From Octopus sinensis (lineage: Eukaryota): a stretch of DNA of 64,000 nt. The stretch lies in assembly GCF_006345805.1 (NCBI RefSeq), contig NC_043012.1, positions 43,214,001 to 43,278,000 of the forward strand. Direction: 5' to 3'. The notes under the pieces are model-generated. The model had not been told where the DNA came from, ran no database searches, and saw only the letters and a list, made by a program, of their open reading frames with translations. This document shows positions 12,886 through 24,994 of the stretch, in pieces. The first letter of the stretch is position 1; each line of letters starts with the position of its first letter. The position numbers and the translations under genes are program-made.

Positions 12886-14154
12886 CTGAAGATGTGAAAA
12901 ATAGCGAAAGGTTTAATTAAGTAGAGAAAACTAGTGAGTAAATGGGAGTTTTTTTTTATAGAATAAACACTGTCGTCGCGAAGTCGTTTATTTTGCCAGC
13001 TAACTATGAATGTTGCTCATTGTCTTACTCTTCTCTGATCAAACCATATTAAGTCCGATAAAATAAGTATAAAATATATATCGTCAGAATTGTTGCAATA
13101 TCTCCAATAAAAATGGCCATATACCAAACAACAATAAAAAGTTATAACTTTCAAATTTTATACCACGTTCTACATTTATTTAATTCCACATTTATCAAGA
13201 ATTCAATGAGGCGTTTATATTTTATTGTTTGTATTGGAAATTTAGACAAATATTTCTGGGTTATTCGTTCTTCTCACTTTTGCAGTATTACTAAATACGT
13301 GTAAATATGAGTTCACAACCCATTCTATATTCGTACTCTACAACTATAAAATGATTGACAGAATATTTGTTTAAATTTATTGTGTTGTTATTTACACTGA
13401 TTTCTAACCAGTTGTCTTTTATTTCAACTTTATGGAAAATTGGTTAGGATTCCTCACGGTAATTGTTTTGGCACTTTAGGTGTTCAAATCCCGCAAAGAT
13501 CTACTCTTCCTTTCATTCCTTCGAGGATGATAAAAAAACGTATAATCTAGAATAACGGATTGGCAGAATTGACTTGTAGCGTCTGTTCTGGCTGTTCTCC
13601 TTCTGACGGCAATGTCTGCGATGACATTAGTTTTAATTTCAGGCTGCACCGATGCAAGGCGGAAGCCTTTCTCCCGAATAAGCATCGATGGTGTGGAGAC
13701 GAAAGACTTGCTTGTACGGGCAATATCAAGCCTTCGTCAAAAGATCTTGTCAAGGTGTTCAGATTCATGTGCGGATGCATGATTTACATGGCCCTTCAAT
13801 CTTAGATAGATGTATCATTAATTTTAAAGAGTGATTCATGTTATTAGCAATCTCGCGTCTTAGTGTCAGGCAATAAACATTGCTTCATAATTAATATTTT
13901 GACATGTCGGTTGTGTGATTATAGGGATTTGGCTGTTCTCTTGAACTAGTCAAGCGACTATGTGACTGGCCAAGTGACTCCTTTACTTATTCCACAATAC
14001 TTTTTTTTATTAAAAAAAACAAAACTACGCAAAGAAAAACGTGGAGTCAATCGCATGCACCGCGGTATTTTAATATACGAAATAAAAGTTATAAATGAAC
14101 ATAGTGGAATGGTTGTTCATGTAAATTCATTTAACGATTATTCACAAATATCCT

Positions 14155-14550
14155 TTTCTACTCTAGGCACAAGGCTTGAAATTTTGGGGGAGGGGTCAGT
14201 CGATTAGATTGACCCCAGTACGCAACTGGTACTTAATTTATCGACGCCGAAACGATGAAAGGCAAAGTCGACATCGGCAGAATTTGAACTCAGAACGTAA
14301 AGACACACGAAATATCTGTTTCTTTATTACCCACAAGGGGCTAAACATAGAGGGGACAAACAAGGATAGACAAACGGATTAAGTCGATTACATCGACCCC
14401 AGTGCGTAAGCGGTACTTAATTTATCGACCCCGAAAGGACGAAAGGCAAAGTCGACCTCAGCGAAATTTGAACTCAGAACGTAACGGCAGACGAAATACG
14501 GCTACGCATTTTGCCCGGCGTGCTAACGGTTCTGCCAGCTCGCCGCCTTA
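14155..14550 (-). mobile_element. Two tandem family 2 SINEs (one truncated, one full-length with tRNA head)
   Basis: Head AAGGCGGCGAGCTGGCAGAACCG (A box) and GAGTTCAAAT (B box); the central domain occurs at ~14200-14300 and ~14380-14480. Confidence 0.8.
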
Positions 14551-15373
14551 TTCTACCTTAATATTGAAATGCTAATAGGTTAATATATTGATTTAGAACG
14601 ACATACAAAATACTGACAATGAGTTCAAAATTTGTAATTGGTGTATTTTCATTGACACACAATGAAGACATTGGATCTTAAAAGGCCCAGTTTCAAAATG
14701 CATTGAATGAAGACTAATTGGCTGTTGTACGCAACAGAGACACCGTAAGATGTAGGAGTGATTTGTTCTCCGGAAGTACTGGTTTCAATTCAGCCTGCAT
14801 GTAGAGTTACACGCGGTAGACTAACATTCTATCCTACGGGATAGTTGTTTATTAACTGCTGCGTCCGTACATTGTAGTAGGTCTGTATGTAAAGGGAAAT
14901 AATAAAATATAGGAAATACTGACATAAACAGATTCAAAGACCTACAATGGTATTGCGCGAGTTAATATTTAAGATACATTTTCTTCAGCACGCGCATTAC
15001 AGGAAGTATCACTCTAAAGATTTGGTGGGGGTGAAACATTCGGTTGTTAATATCTTTTCCTGTTGTTTTTTCTTTTAGTGAGGATAATATAAATTAGGTA
15101 AGAGGAATGAAACATCTACAGATTGGAGTAGAATCAATTTCCAGGCATTTCTTACACACCACGATACCTTTATAATACTTACAATTACCCAAAGTTTATT
15201 TATTTGTTCTATAGTTCTATTTTCCAAGTTCAAGAAAAGGCGTTAAAAATGCAGCGATTTTTTTCATTTTTGAATTTACACTAATATTTAGTCTAAGCCC
15301 TAACCCATACACGTTAAACCATTTTTTATCCTTGTCGGAGTGCAGTAAACTAGAAACTCTGTAGTATACTTAC

Positions 15374-15694
15374 CTGTGCTTTCAGTTTTATTGGTGCAGA
15401 CGACTGATGCATACTTTCCTGATTTGCACATCTCAGGGCCACCCCACGTGTGTTCACATGATAAAAGTGTTTTTTCAGAACCATTACAATTAACGTTACT
15501 CATATTGATTGGATAATCATTTAGTTTGCCAAATGCTGATCCAGATATAGCCTTCCCGTAGAGTACATTTTGACTGCGGCAAACAACCTGAGCAGCAGCA
15601 TCAGTAAAACTCTGATCACAAACACGAGACCACTTTCCGTTCGTTTCAACTTCAACTCCTCCACTGCTGATTTTAGGTCCTTCACTAAGTCGTA
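15374..15694 (-). CDS. SRCR domain 11 exon (type A)
   Basis: VRLSEGPKISSGGVEV..WSRVCDQSF..VVCRSQ..AISGSAFG..VNCNGSE; hand-translated without stops; 321 nt. Confidence 0.9.
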
Positions 15695-16811
15695 CTAAAA
15701 GTAAAGGTTACAAAAAATATACAACTAAAAATAAACGAAGAGATGAAAATCGAATGAATGGGTTAAAATCAAATTTGAAACATATGAATACATCCTGGAA
15801 ATTTTTATTGTATTGGTATGTGAACAGAAACGACAGAAATATAACCCGGTTAGTTGAAAGTAGAAAAACGTGGAGACTAGTACTTTACAGTATTTTCTGC
15901 ATGGTCGCAGTGTTTTGCTTGTAAAGTGTTTATGGGGTCACAAATGAAAATGAAATTTTATAAATAGAATTAAATAAAGAATTATAATGTATTGAGCATG
16001 TTGAGAATATTTTTTGTTCATGATCAACGCGAATATATTTTGCAGCCGTGAAATTAGATTTACTTGCAAAACCAAAACAAAACTTTTGATTTGATGCAGG
16101 TAGTTAAGCGTTTACAAAAATGATAACGAGTTTTGAAATAAGTTTTATATTAATGAAGAATCCATCAAAGTCTACTGAAAGTCGATATTGTTGGTTTGAC
16201 CCTTTAACAAATGGCGATATATGGTTTCATTGGTCTCAGTCATTAGGTCTCAACCACAAGGGGAGCGTGGTCAGGGATTTTATTCGATTATGCCTGGTGC
16301 TAAATGATGGTAAAATCTTTAACTTTCATCTCTGTGCCTAAGTGAAAGCTGTTGAGGTGGGTCTTGGTTAAGAAGAAAAATTTGATTGATTGTGGTTGTT
16401 TGGAAATCTAACCCTTGGTATATGGAATTTTCCTGTTTTGAACAGTGAGCAACTTGCAGGATTGTCGTTGCTAAGATAGCTGTTTCTTTATGTTGCGTCA
16501 AGGTCCTTGTATTGCGCCCGTTGTTATTTTGTGGCAGCATGTTGGGAAATTTTGTGCCTGGGTTGGTGATGTACTTTAGATTCAGCATAGCTAAAAATCA
16601 CTTCCTATGGTTAGAGAATGATTGGTATCAGGGGTGACTGTCGTTATGCCAAATATGGTCATTATTATTGCTTTTGTTATTTCTAAAGGTTTTCTTGTTT
16701 CCTGACTTGCCTGAAGGAAACGAACCAGCATTGTTGTAGCAAGGGATGGAGTTACTGCAGTAGTGGAGCTTTTGGCTATTGGAAGCACTCCGTCGGTTAC
16801 GACAACGAGGG

Positions 16812-17162
16812 TTCCGGTTGATCCGATCAACGGAACAGCCTGCTCGTGAAATTAACGTGTAAGTGGCTGAGCACTCCACAGACACGTGTACCCTTAACGT
16901 AGTTCTCGGGGATATTCAGCGTGACACAGAGAGTGACAAGGCCGGCCCTTTGAAATACAGGTACAACAGAAACAGGAAGTAAGAGTGAGAGAAAGTTGTG
17001 GTGAAAGAGTACAGCAGGGATCACCACCATCCCTGCCGGAGCCTCGTGGAGCTTTAGATGTTTTCGCTCAATAAACACTCACAACGCCTGGTCTGGAAAT
17101 CGAAACCGCGATCCTACGACCGCGAATCCGCTGCCCTAACCACTGGGCCATTGCGCCTCCAC
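16812..17162 (-). mobile_element. tRNA-headed SINE (family 3)
   Basis: Minus head GTGGAGGCGCAATGGCCCAGTGGTTAGGGCAGCGG..GGTTTCGATTTCC; terminal hairpin TTCCG(G)TTGATC-C-GATCAACGGAA; related fragment at ~11905-12110. Confidence 0.75.
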
Positions 17163-17299
17163 TGGCTATTAGAATAGAAAGTTTGGCAGGGTTGAGTTTG
17201 TTGGGTAGAGGGTATGCAGTGTATAATTTCTATGAGTGCTATGGTGTTGGTTAGTGGTGCGTTTCTTGGTTGCGCATCAAGCTCCTCTGAGGTGGCTGA

Positions 17300-17990
17300 A
17301 GGGACAGTCGTGTTTTAGTCATATTCTCTTCCGCAGAGAATAGCGGCTGATTTGGTGATTCCGTTTTATTCGTGTTGGTGAAAGTTGGAGCAAATGTTTA
17401 TGAATGCTCCTGAGTTGACTCATTTGGGCAATGAGGTTCTGAGAATGGATAGATTGTGTTGTGGCTGCTGTATCAGTTGAATTTAGTGGGGCTCTGATGT
17501 TAGCAGACGTATTGTAGGAGGAAAATAGAGGTAAAAAGGGAGAGAGTGATTTGTTCTTGCTGAAGGAGGTGGTAATAATAGTGGCAGCAGATGATGACGA
17601 TGGTGCGGTCAAGAATCATGACAATGATGATGGCTATATAAGTTGGTTGTCACGGAAGTAGCAACGGTAATTGAGAAGTGGAAAGAATGTACTGTACAAA
17701 AGGATGGGCATCACGAGGTCACATAAATCAGTGCCAAATAGATTTGTTCTGTTCGTTTTCATGTTGCTATGGAGCAGCATTAGACAAGAGAATATTGAAT
17801 GGAGTTTACCACATCTTTTTTTTAATAAGGTGGAAGGCTTTTGGGATCTGCTGTAGTTTGTTTTCAAATTAGTCTGGCCTTTCGTTTATTGAAAAAATGG
17901 GACAATTTTGGCCGCAATGGCATTGAAACATTTCGCTCTCTGTTCAGTTATGTTAATTTCAGATGTTGTGATGAAGAATTATGAAGTAAT
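17300..17990 (-). mobile_element. Highly degraded LINE remnant (ORF1/RT-like pieces; further endonuclease-like piece at ~16330-16600)
   Basis: Short decayed peptide similarity only. Confidence 0.4.
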
Positions 17991-18096
17991 ATTCATATGG
18001 CGACTATTCTATTATCTTCCCCTGTTTCAAATCATTTTGGAGATATAGGTACATTCTTCATCAAAAAGGATAAATGCTATACGGCTTTTGAGAACG

Positions 18097-18154
<58 letters not shown>

Positions 18155-18237
18155 AGCAAAGTAGCTAGTTGTAAAATCTCAGTAAGAGATGAGAGTAGTA
18201 ACTATACTAACAAGTAAAGTTAATCGCCACATCAGTA

Positions 18238-18630
18238 TGGCTGTACAATGAATGTTACTGCTAGTTTAACTTCAGGCAGATCTTGCTCCAGCAGCTAATA
18301 GGTGCAGCGCCTATAAGTACTCCAGCGGCTTATAGATGCAGCACTGCACCCTGTACATATATTTTGCCAGCAGGGTTCCGATGGTCCCTTTGTTTAGTGT
18401 ATATGGCTTGCTGGCAAGATTGTATATTGCCCTGGCCATCTCTCTGGTGTTCCGACGGAGGATAAGCAAACTAGCTCGAAACCGAATCGGTCAATCGATC
18501 CTGTTGTCTGCTGTTGGTAGGAGTTCGCTCCCTTGCTGGCAGTAGATATGTACAGGTGCAGTGCTGCACCTACAACCAGCTGGCGGGAGGTCTGCCTGGG
18601 GTTAAACTAGTAGTAACATTGAACAGCCAC
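18238..18630. mobile_element. Foldback/MITE-like element with long imperfect inverted arms
   Basis: TGGCTGTACAATGAATGTTACTGCTAGTTTAACTTCAGGCAGA pairs with TCTGCCTGGGGTTAAACTAGTAGTAACATTGAACAGCCA; inner arms 18322-18375 and 18530-18583. Confidence 0.75.
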
Positions 18631-18705
18631 ATTTACTTATGCACACACGCACGCACACATACACAAACATACACACAAACATACGCATACACACATATAT
18701 ATATA

Positions 18706-19036
18706 TTCTTTTATTCTTTTCAAACAAATCGACCCCAGGACTTATTCTGTGTAAGCCTAGTACATATTTTATCGGTCTCTTTTGCCGAAAAGGCATAAAC
18801 ACACCAACATCGGTTGTCAAGCGATAGTGGGGGGGGGCACAAAGACACACACACATAAATATATATAGATATATACGACGGGCTTCTTTCAGTTTCCGTC
18901 TACCAAATCCACTCACAGAGCTTTGGTCAGCCCGAGGCTATAGCAGAAGACACTTGCCAAGGTGCCACGCAACGGGACTGAACCCGGAACCATGTGGGTG
19001 GGAAGCAAGCTTCTTACCACACAGCCACTCCTGTGC
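18706..19036 (-). mobile_element. Family 1 tRNA-headed CORE-like SINE
   Basis: Reverse complement of the 20445-20841 consensus, with internal microsatellite. Confidence 0.85.
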
Positions 19037-19132
19037 TTATACATACATACATATGTATATATATGTTTGTGTTTGTGTATGTATGTATATATATATAGAG
19101 AGAGAGAGAGAAAGGGAGAAAGAAAGAGATAG

Positions 19133-19190
<58 letters not shown>

Positions 19191-19557
19191 AACGAGAAAG
19201 ATATGCTGTGTGGCTGAGTAAATAAAGAGTCTGATTCCCAATTGAGAAGTGCTGAGTTCGATACCTCTCCACACCATCTTTTACTATAGTTTCAGGTTAA
19301 TACACAACTTGTAAATGAGAGAGAGCAGACAAAAACTTTGCTTTATCACTTCAGATGAATTCTATAGGTAATTGAAAGCTACTCTTTTGTTATACTTTCT
19401 ATCGCAGTTATTCTGTTTGAAGATTGTGGAAGAATCATACGATAATTCAAGGACCAGCTAGTTCAGCTGATCAAACTAAATACACATTGTCGAAGCCAAC
19501 TGAAGTCCGTCCCACCGTCCGTACATACATACATTCATGCGTGTATGCATGGACACA

Positions 19558-20130
19558 TACGAGGGGGTATCCAAAAATAACCGGAAACGTTCTCTGTTGG
19601 ACAAAACCGTTGTAATTGTTTTCTGCCGCTAGAAGCCACTTGACCCTCAGCCATCATTCTGCCGACTGGCGTCGTCGCGTGGAGTCGTACTTCCACGTAG
19701 TGCGTCTTTGTTTTGCAGTGCTTCCCGCACCCCCTCTGCTGGTCGATTTTTACGATGGCTGAAACATAGGAACAGCGTGCTTCCATGAAATTCTGTTTTC
19801 TGCTGGGGAAAACGGTGGCCAAAACAGCTGTTGCGCTTTAAACACTTTACAAGGACGCTGCCATGAGCAAAACGAGTAGTTTCCACGCTTTAGGTATGGT
19901 CCCTTGCCACTTGAAGACCGACATCGTTCAGGACGACCATCGACCACCCGAACAAATGAAAATTCCTGAACTGATCTTGGAGGACCATAAATGAACAATT
20001 GACGAACTTGTTGATATGACTGGTATGTCCTGGAGCTCCTTCCAACGAATTTTGAGCAAGGAATTGCGAAAGAATAGAGTTCCAGCAAAATTTGTGCCTT
20101 GCTTGCTTACGAAAGATTAAAAGCAGTCAT
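19558..20130 (+). mobile_element. Mariner transposon 5' remnant
   Basis: Left end TACGAGGGGGTATCCAAAAATAACCGGAA; decayed N-terminal transposase (..RSGRPSTT.., ..SWSSFQRILSKELRKNRVPAKFVPCLLT). Confidence 0.75.
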
Positions 20131-20158
20131 GATATTTGTCCTCATCTTGTTTGTTGTT

Positions 20159-20204
20159 AACACAACGTTTCGGCTGATATACCCCCCAGCCTTCATCAGG
20201 TGTC
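20159..20204 (-). ncRNA. Minimal hammerhead ribozyme (left arm, intact core)
   Basis: GACAC CTGATGA A GGCTG..CAGCC GAAA C GTT GTGTT; AACGTT palindrome at stem III. Confidence 0.75.
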
Positions 20205-20287
20205 TTGGGGGAAATTTCGAACCTGGGTTCTCTAAGGTATTTTTCGATGTTATTAGGAATGAGAACCCAGGTTCAAAATTTCCCCAA

Positions 20288-20332
20288 GACACCCGATGAA
20301 GGCTGGAGATATATCAGCCGAAACGTTGTGTT
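20288..20332 (+). ncRNA. Minimal hammerhead ribozyme (right arm, U4C core mutation)
   Basis: GACAC CCGATGA A GGCTG GAGATATAT CAGCC GAAA C GTT GTGTT. Confidence 0.6.
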
Positions 20333-20444
20333 AACAACAAACAAGATGAGGACAAATATCCGTCAGATGTAAATAATGTAGATAATGTACATAATTCCTC
20401 ATCTCTTAAATATAGAACTGTATTATTATATATATATATCTTAT

Positions 20445-20841
20445 AGGCGTAGGAGTGGCTGTGTGGTAAGTAGCTTGCTTACCAACCACATGGTTCCGGG
20501 TTCAGTCCCACTGCGTGGCACCTTGGGCAAGTGTCTTCTACTATAGCCTCTGGCTGATCAAAGCCTTGTGAGTGGATTTGGTAGACGGAAACTGAAAGAA
20601 GCCCGTCGTATATATGTATATATATATATATATATGTATATGTGTGTATATGTTTGTATGTTTGTGTTTGTCCCCCCAACATCGTGATGTTGGCGTGTTT
20701 ACGTCCCCGTAACTTAACGGTTCGGCAAAAAACCGATACAATAAGTACTAGGCTTACAAAGAATAAGTCTTGGGGTCGATTTGCTCGACTAAAGGCGGTG
20801 CTCGAGCATGGCCACAGTCAAATGACTGAAACAAGTAAAAG
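20445..20841 (+). mobile_element. Full-length family 1 SINE: tRNA head, CORE-like domain, internal (TA)/(TG) tract, LINE-like tail
   Basis: A box TGGCTGTGTGG, B box GGTTCAGTCCC, CORE-like GTGGCACCTTGGGCAAGTGTCTT, tail GGCGGTGCTCGAGCATGGCCACAGTCAAATGACTGAAAC. Confidence 0.9.
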
Positions 20842-21678
20842 GGTATTTAAAATTTGACTTTTAGAATGCAGGGGAGGTAACTATTTTCCCGTTTATATAA
20901 ACAAAACGAGAAACAAAATCGATTCGATACGGTCAACGAAAAAACCCCTTTAAATATATACATACACAGAGGCTCTGTGAAGCTCTAAATTCAGAGCCGG
21001 TGGTGGTCAAACTTACTGTTCTTTTATAAATTCAAGATTCCTTCAATATTGACCTAGATTTTCTGTCAACACAGAAACAGACTAATCTTTGTCTGTGACA
21101 CCCTTATTCCCTCTTACTCCCCCACTTCTTTCCTCCCATAATGTCCTTTATTTGGCTTAACCTACCTCGCTATATTTCTTACTACTACTAAATTCTGTCT
21201 GCAACAGTTAGATGTGAACTGAACCAATGTGTTAACAACACCTTTCCTCATGTTTCCTGGAATTTATATCAACACATTTATAGTTGGATTTACCTTCTCT
21301 GAGAAGTTAATAATCATTTAAAAAATTTTTTTTAAAACTGTGTATTGTTGGAAAACATATAAAGTTTGCTTATTACCTTACTTCAAATTCATAGAACTCA
21401 CTCTGAATACTTCATAAGGATATTTACACTCTCTAGGATGTTTGGAAAACATATATGTGATTTAGCTGATGAATACTTGACATTATATTTGCTGTAATAT
21501 TTGCAGCTTTAAATAAAATGTTCTTAGTATGAAAGAATTGTACTAAATTAGTGATCCATTCTTGTTACTGTTTTCTTGGTTATAATCAACCCACATATTT
21601 TTATGGTTAATACCATAAAGAATTCTGGTGCATCTAAGTTAAGTACTATATTCATTTGAATCTTAATTGTTTTGCTGA

Positions 21679-21740
<62 letters not shown>

Positions 21741-21822
21741 ATATATATATGTATTATATATATATAATCATATATATTATATATTATATATGTGTGTATA
21801 TATATATGTATATATATATATA

Positions 21823-21859
<37 letters not shown>

Positions 21860-21947
21860 AAGGGTGAAAAGGAACACACGAGTGTGATATATGAAAAAAA
21901 ACAAGTAAAAAATAGAAAATGCTAAAATAATTTTATAGTGAACATTT

Positions 21948-21985
21948 CAGTACCGGTTTCAGTCATTTTGAGACCTTTTCAACTG
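21948..21985 (-). ncRNA. Minimal hammerhead, U3-A8 core variant (3' pLTR copy)
   Basis: CAG TTGAAAA GGTC TCAAAAT GACT GAAA C CG GTA CTG. Confidence 0.65.
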
Positions 21986-23684
21986 TAACGATTAAATAAT
22001 TAAATTAGAAAAATTAGAAGAAAAGTTTTCTTAAAAGAATATTTCTATAGTAGTGTTCAGATTTAAGTGGCATTCTGCTTTTCTCTGACTCCCTTGTTTG
22101 CACTTGTGTGTTCGAGGTAGTTGTGAGTTCTTGGTAGGGTAGTAGAGGGAGGCTGGTGAGGAAAGGGGGGTGGGAGAATCTGGGAGTGCCCTGATGGTCG
22201 TATTTTGAATGGTCAGTGGCGGCTGGCAGTCTCAGTTCAATTCAGGGGAATATTTATATTGACAGGCTTGTTTATAGAATTAGCGTAGGTGTTATACTAA
22301 AAAACATTAGTGACAAACTTAAGGGGTAGGGGGTGGAGAAGAAGAAGAAGAAGAAGAAGAAGAAGAAGGAGGAGAAGATGATGGTGATGATTATGACGAC
22401 GATGATGATGATAACGATGATGATGAAGAAGAAGAAGGAGGAGAAGGAGAAGATGGTGGTGATGATGGTGGCGATGATGATGACGCCGATGATGATGATA
22501 ACGATGATGATGAAGAAGAAGAAGAAAAAAACAGAGAAGGGAGAATATGAATGGGTGTAAATAAGCTATGATGAAGGGGCTGATTAGTAATGGATTCTAT
22601 GGAGTGTAGTATTTGTGTGTGTATATATATTTTTCTCTTATTCTAAAGTTGAGGTATATTAATTGTTTGTCGTAGACCCGTTAAGAAGTGGCTTGTATTT
22701 TGTAATAAGAGATTTTCTTTACTTATTCTTTGTCTCGAGGTTGTATCGTCCCTAAATTGGTAGAGGGGGAAAATTCTGAAGTTTGGTGTTTTTTTGTTGG
22801 CGCAAGTATCTATGTGTTGGCTAAAAGCTATTTTCTGCTTTGGGGAATTTTTATCTGGGATCTGTGCAGGGCCATTCGTTTACGCAAACCATTTTTTGTT
22901 TGCCTATGTACTGCTCTTGACACACGGAGCAGGTTAGTGAGTATATTAGGTTCTCCGAAGCACATGTGAAGTTGCTTTTTACTGTAAACCGTTGTCCCTG
23001 TTTGAAGGAGAACTCAGAACCCTCGATTAGATAGTCGCAATCCCGCAATTGGGTCTTCCACATTTTTTTACTGTCGGCTTCTGTGTGAAGAGTGAATTCG
23101 GGCTTGTGTAAGGAGACTTTTCATGGATCTAGGCTGTCTTTTGCTTTTTGATCGGTGTGTTTGGAGGATTGTGTTCATTCTGTGGTCTTTTTTTAGGAGG
23201 GGTATGTTGTGGAGGATGGTGTCGAAGGCTTCGTTATTGAGAGGGTTGTGTGTGGAGATGTATGGTAAGGCTTTTGGTTGTAAGTTTTTCTTTGATTTGG
23301 GATGTCTCAGTTCCTTGATGTTAAGTTGAAGGGCACGTTGAATGCACTTGTCAATAAGTGAAGGTGGATAGTTCCTGGTGATTAGGGTATCTTTTAGTTC
23401 TTGTAGTCGTGTGTCAATTCCCCTGAATTGAACTGAGACTGCCAGCCGCCACTGACCATTCAAAATACGACCATCAGGGCACTCCCAGATTCTCCCACCC
23501 CCCTTTCCTCACCAGCCTTCCCTCTACTACCCTACCAAGAACTCACAACTACCTCGAACACACAAGTGCAAACAAGGGAGTCAGAGAAAGGCAGAATGCC
23601 ACTTAAATCTGAACACTACTATAGAAATATTCTTTTAAGAAAACTTTTCTTCTAATTTTTCTAAATTTAATTATTTAATCGTTA

Positions 23685-23722
23685 CAGTTGAAAAGGTCTC
23701 AAAATGACCGAAACCGGTACTG
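23685..23722 (+). ncRNA. Minimal hammerhead, U3-A8 core variant (inverted pLTR copy)
   Basis: CAG TTGAAAA GGTC TCAAAAT GACC GAAA C CG GTA CTG; ACCGGT palindrome. Confidence 0.7.
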
Positions 23723-23778
23723 AAATGTTCACTATAAAATTATTTTAGCATTTTCTATGTTTTTACTTGTTTTTTTTC

Positions 23779-23820
<42 letters not shown>

Positions 23821-24193
23821 ATATATATAGTATATATATAATATATATATAATATATATATATATATATTATATATATATATATATATAATATTCATATG
23901 TATATATCAATGCAAACAATATATATACACATAATATACATACACATATACGCATACATATATACTTATATATGCATTTATATATGTTAACTGAGATAAA
24001 TACGCTATATCCTCATATAGTACATTATTCATTCACTGACATACTCTCTATCTTCTTTTATATACATATTATGACCACCTATGTGGGTGCATTATTATAT
24101 ATACCCATATATATATATATATATGAATATATATATATATATATATACATATAATTCACATATACATACATATACATACATATACACATGCAT

Positions 24194-24224
<31 letters not shown>

Positions 24225-24653
24225 GCACGAGGATAAATATATATATACACCCATGCAGATATACATATGCACACCCTTATATTCATATATACATACATAC
24301 ATACATATATACTGATATATATGTATATATTCACATATACATCCACACACGCATATATAGTATTACGTACATACGCACGGTCTTATAAATACGCATACTC
24401 ATACACAGCTATACATCCACACAGCTACCCATAGTTATCTACATAAACACACACACACATATATATGCACATACCCCATACAGCTACACGGATATACAAA
24501 GATACACTCGCTTATATGTATCTAGATATATATCCATTCAGATATATACACCGTCATATCAACACAAAACCTTTCACATATATTTATGCATGTATACCTC
24601 TTCCCATATATAAATAAACATGTAAGTAAATAGCTATACACATATTCATGCAT

Positions 24654-24689
<36 letters not shown>

Positions 24690-24994
24690 TTAAAAAAATG
24701 CTATATGTATAGGGACCTAGATATATCATCATTAAGTTCTTATTTGTATACTCACATCTTTAGAATGGGGAAATATTAATTAAATTCTATTTACAATTTT
24801 AATCATAATTATAAGAGTTGTTAATCTACTTTACAATAGTTAAATATATCTATTATGAGATATCAAAATGACAGTCTGTTAATTATAGCTATAATAAAAA
24901 TCATTTATATCTAGTAAATACATATTTGTTTTTATGTAGGCAAGAATTATTTTTCATCCCTCAGGTTAAGTAAGGGAAATGTAGCCATTAAAAT

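Larger units (their letters stand above)
20131..20420. mobile_element. Palindromic coding-free PLE-like element with two inverted hammerheads
   Basis: ~100-bp inverted arms 20131-20232 and 20261-20360, 28-bp spacer, ~60-bp unique tail. Confidence 0.85.
21887..23784 (-). mobile_element. Poseidon-type Penelope-like element, 5'-truncated, with inverted pseudo-LTR
   Basis: RLQELKDTLITRNYP..LPYISTHNP..KRQPRSMK..NFTCASENLIYSLTCSVCQEQYIG (GIY-YIG, frameshifted); ~365-bp inverted repeat 21887-22251 / 23417-23784. Confidence 0.9.

Noticed and set aside
19200-19277. tRNA-like sequence (TGGCTGAGT..GAGTTCGATACC..CCA)
   Set aside because: Stems pair poorly; most likely a decayed SINE head rather than a tRNA gene
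22333-22560. Lys/Met-rich ORF
   Set aside because: (GAA)n/(GAT)n microsatellite inside the PLE 3' region
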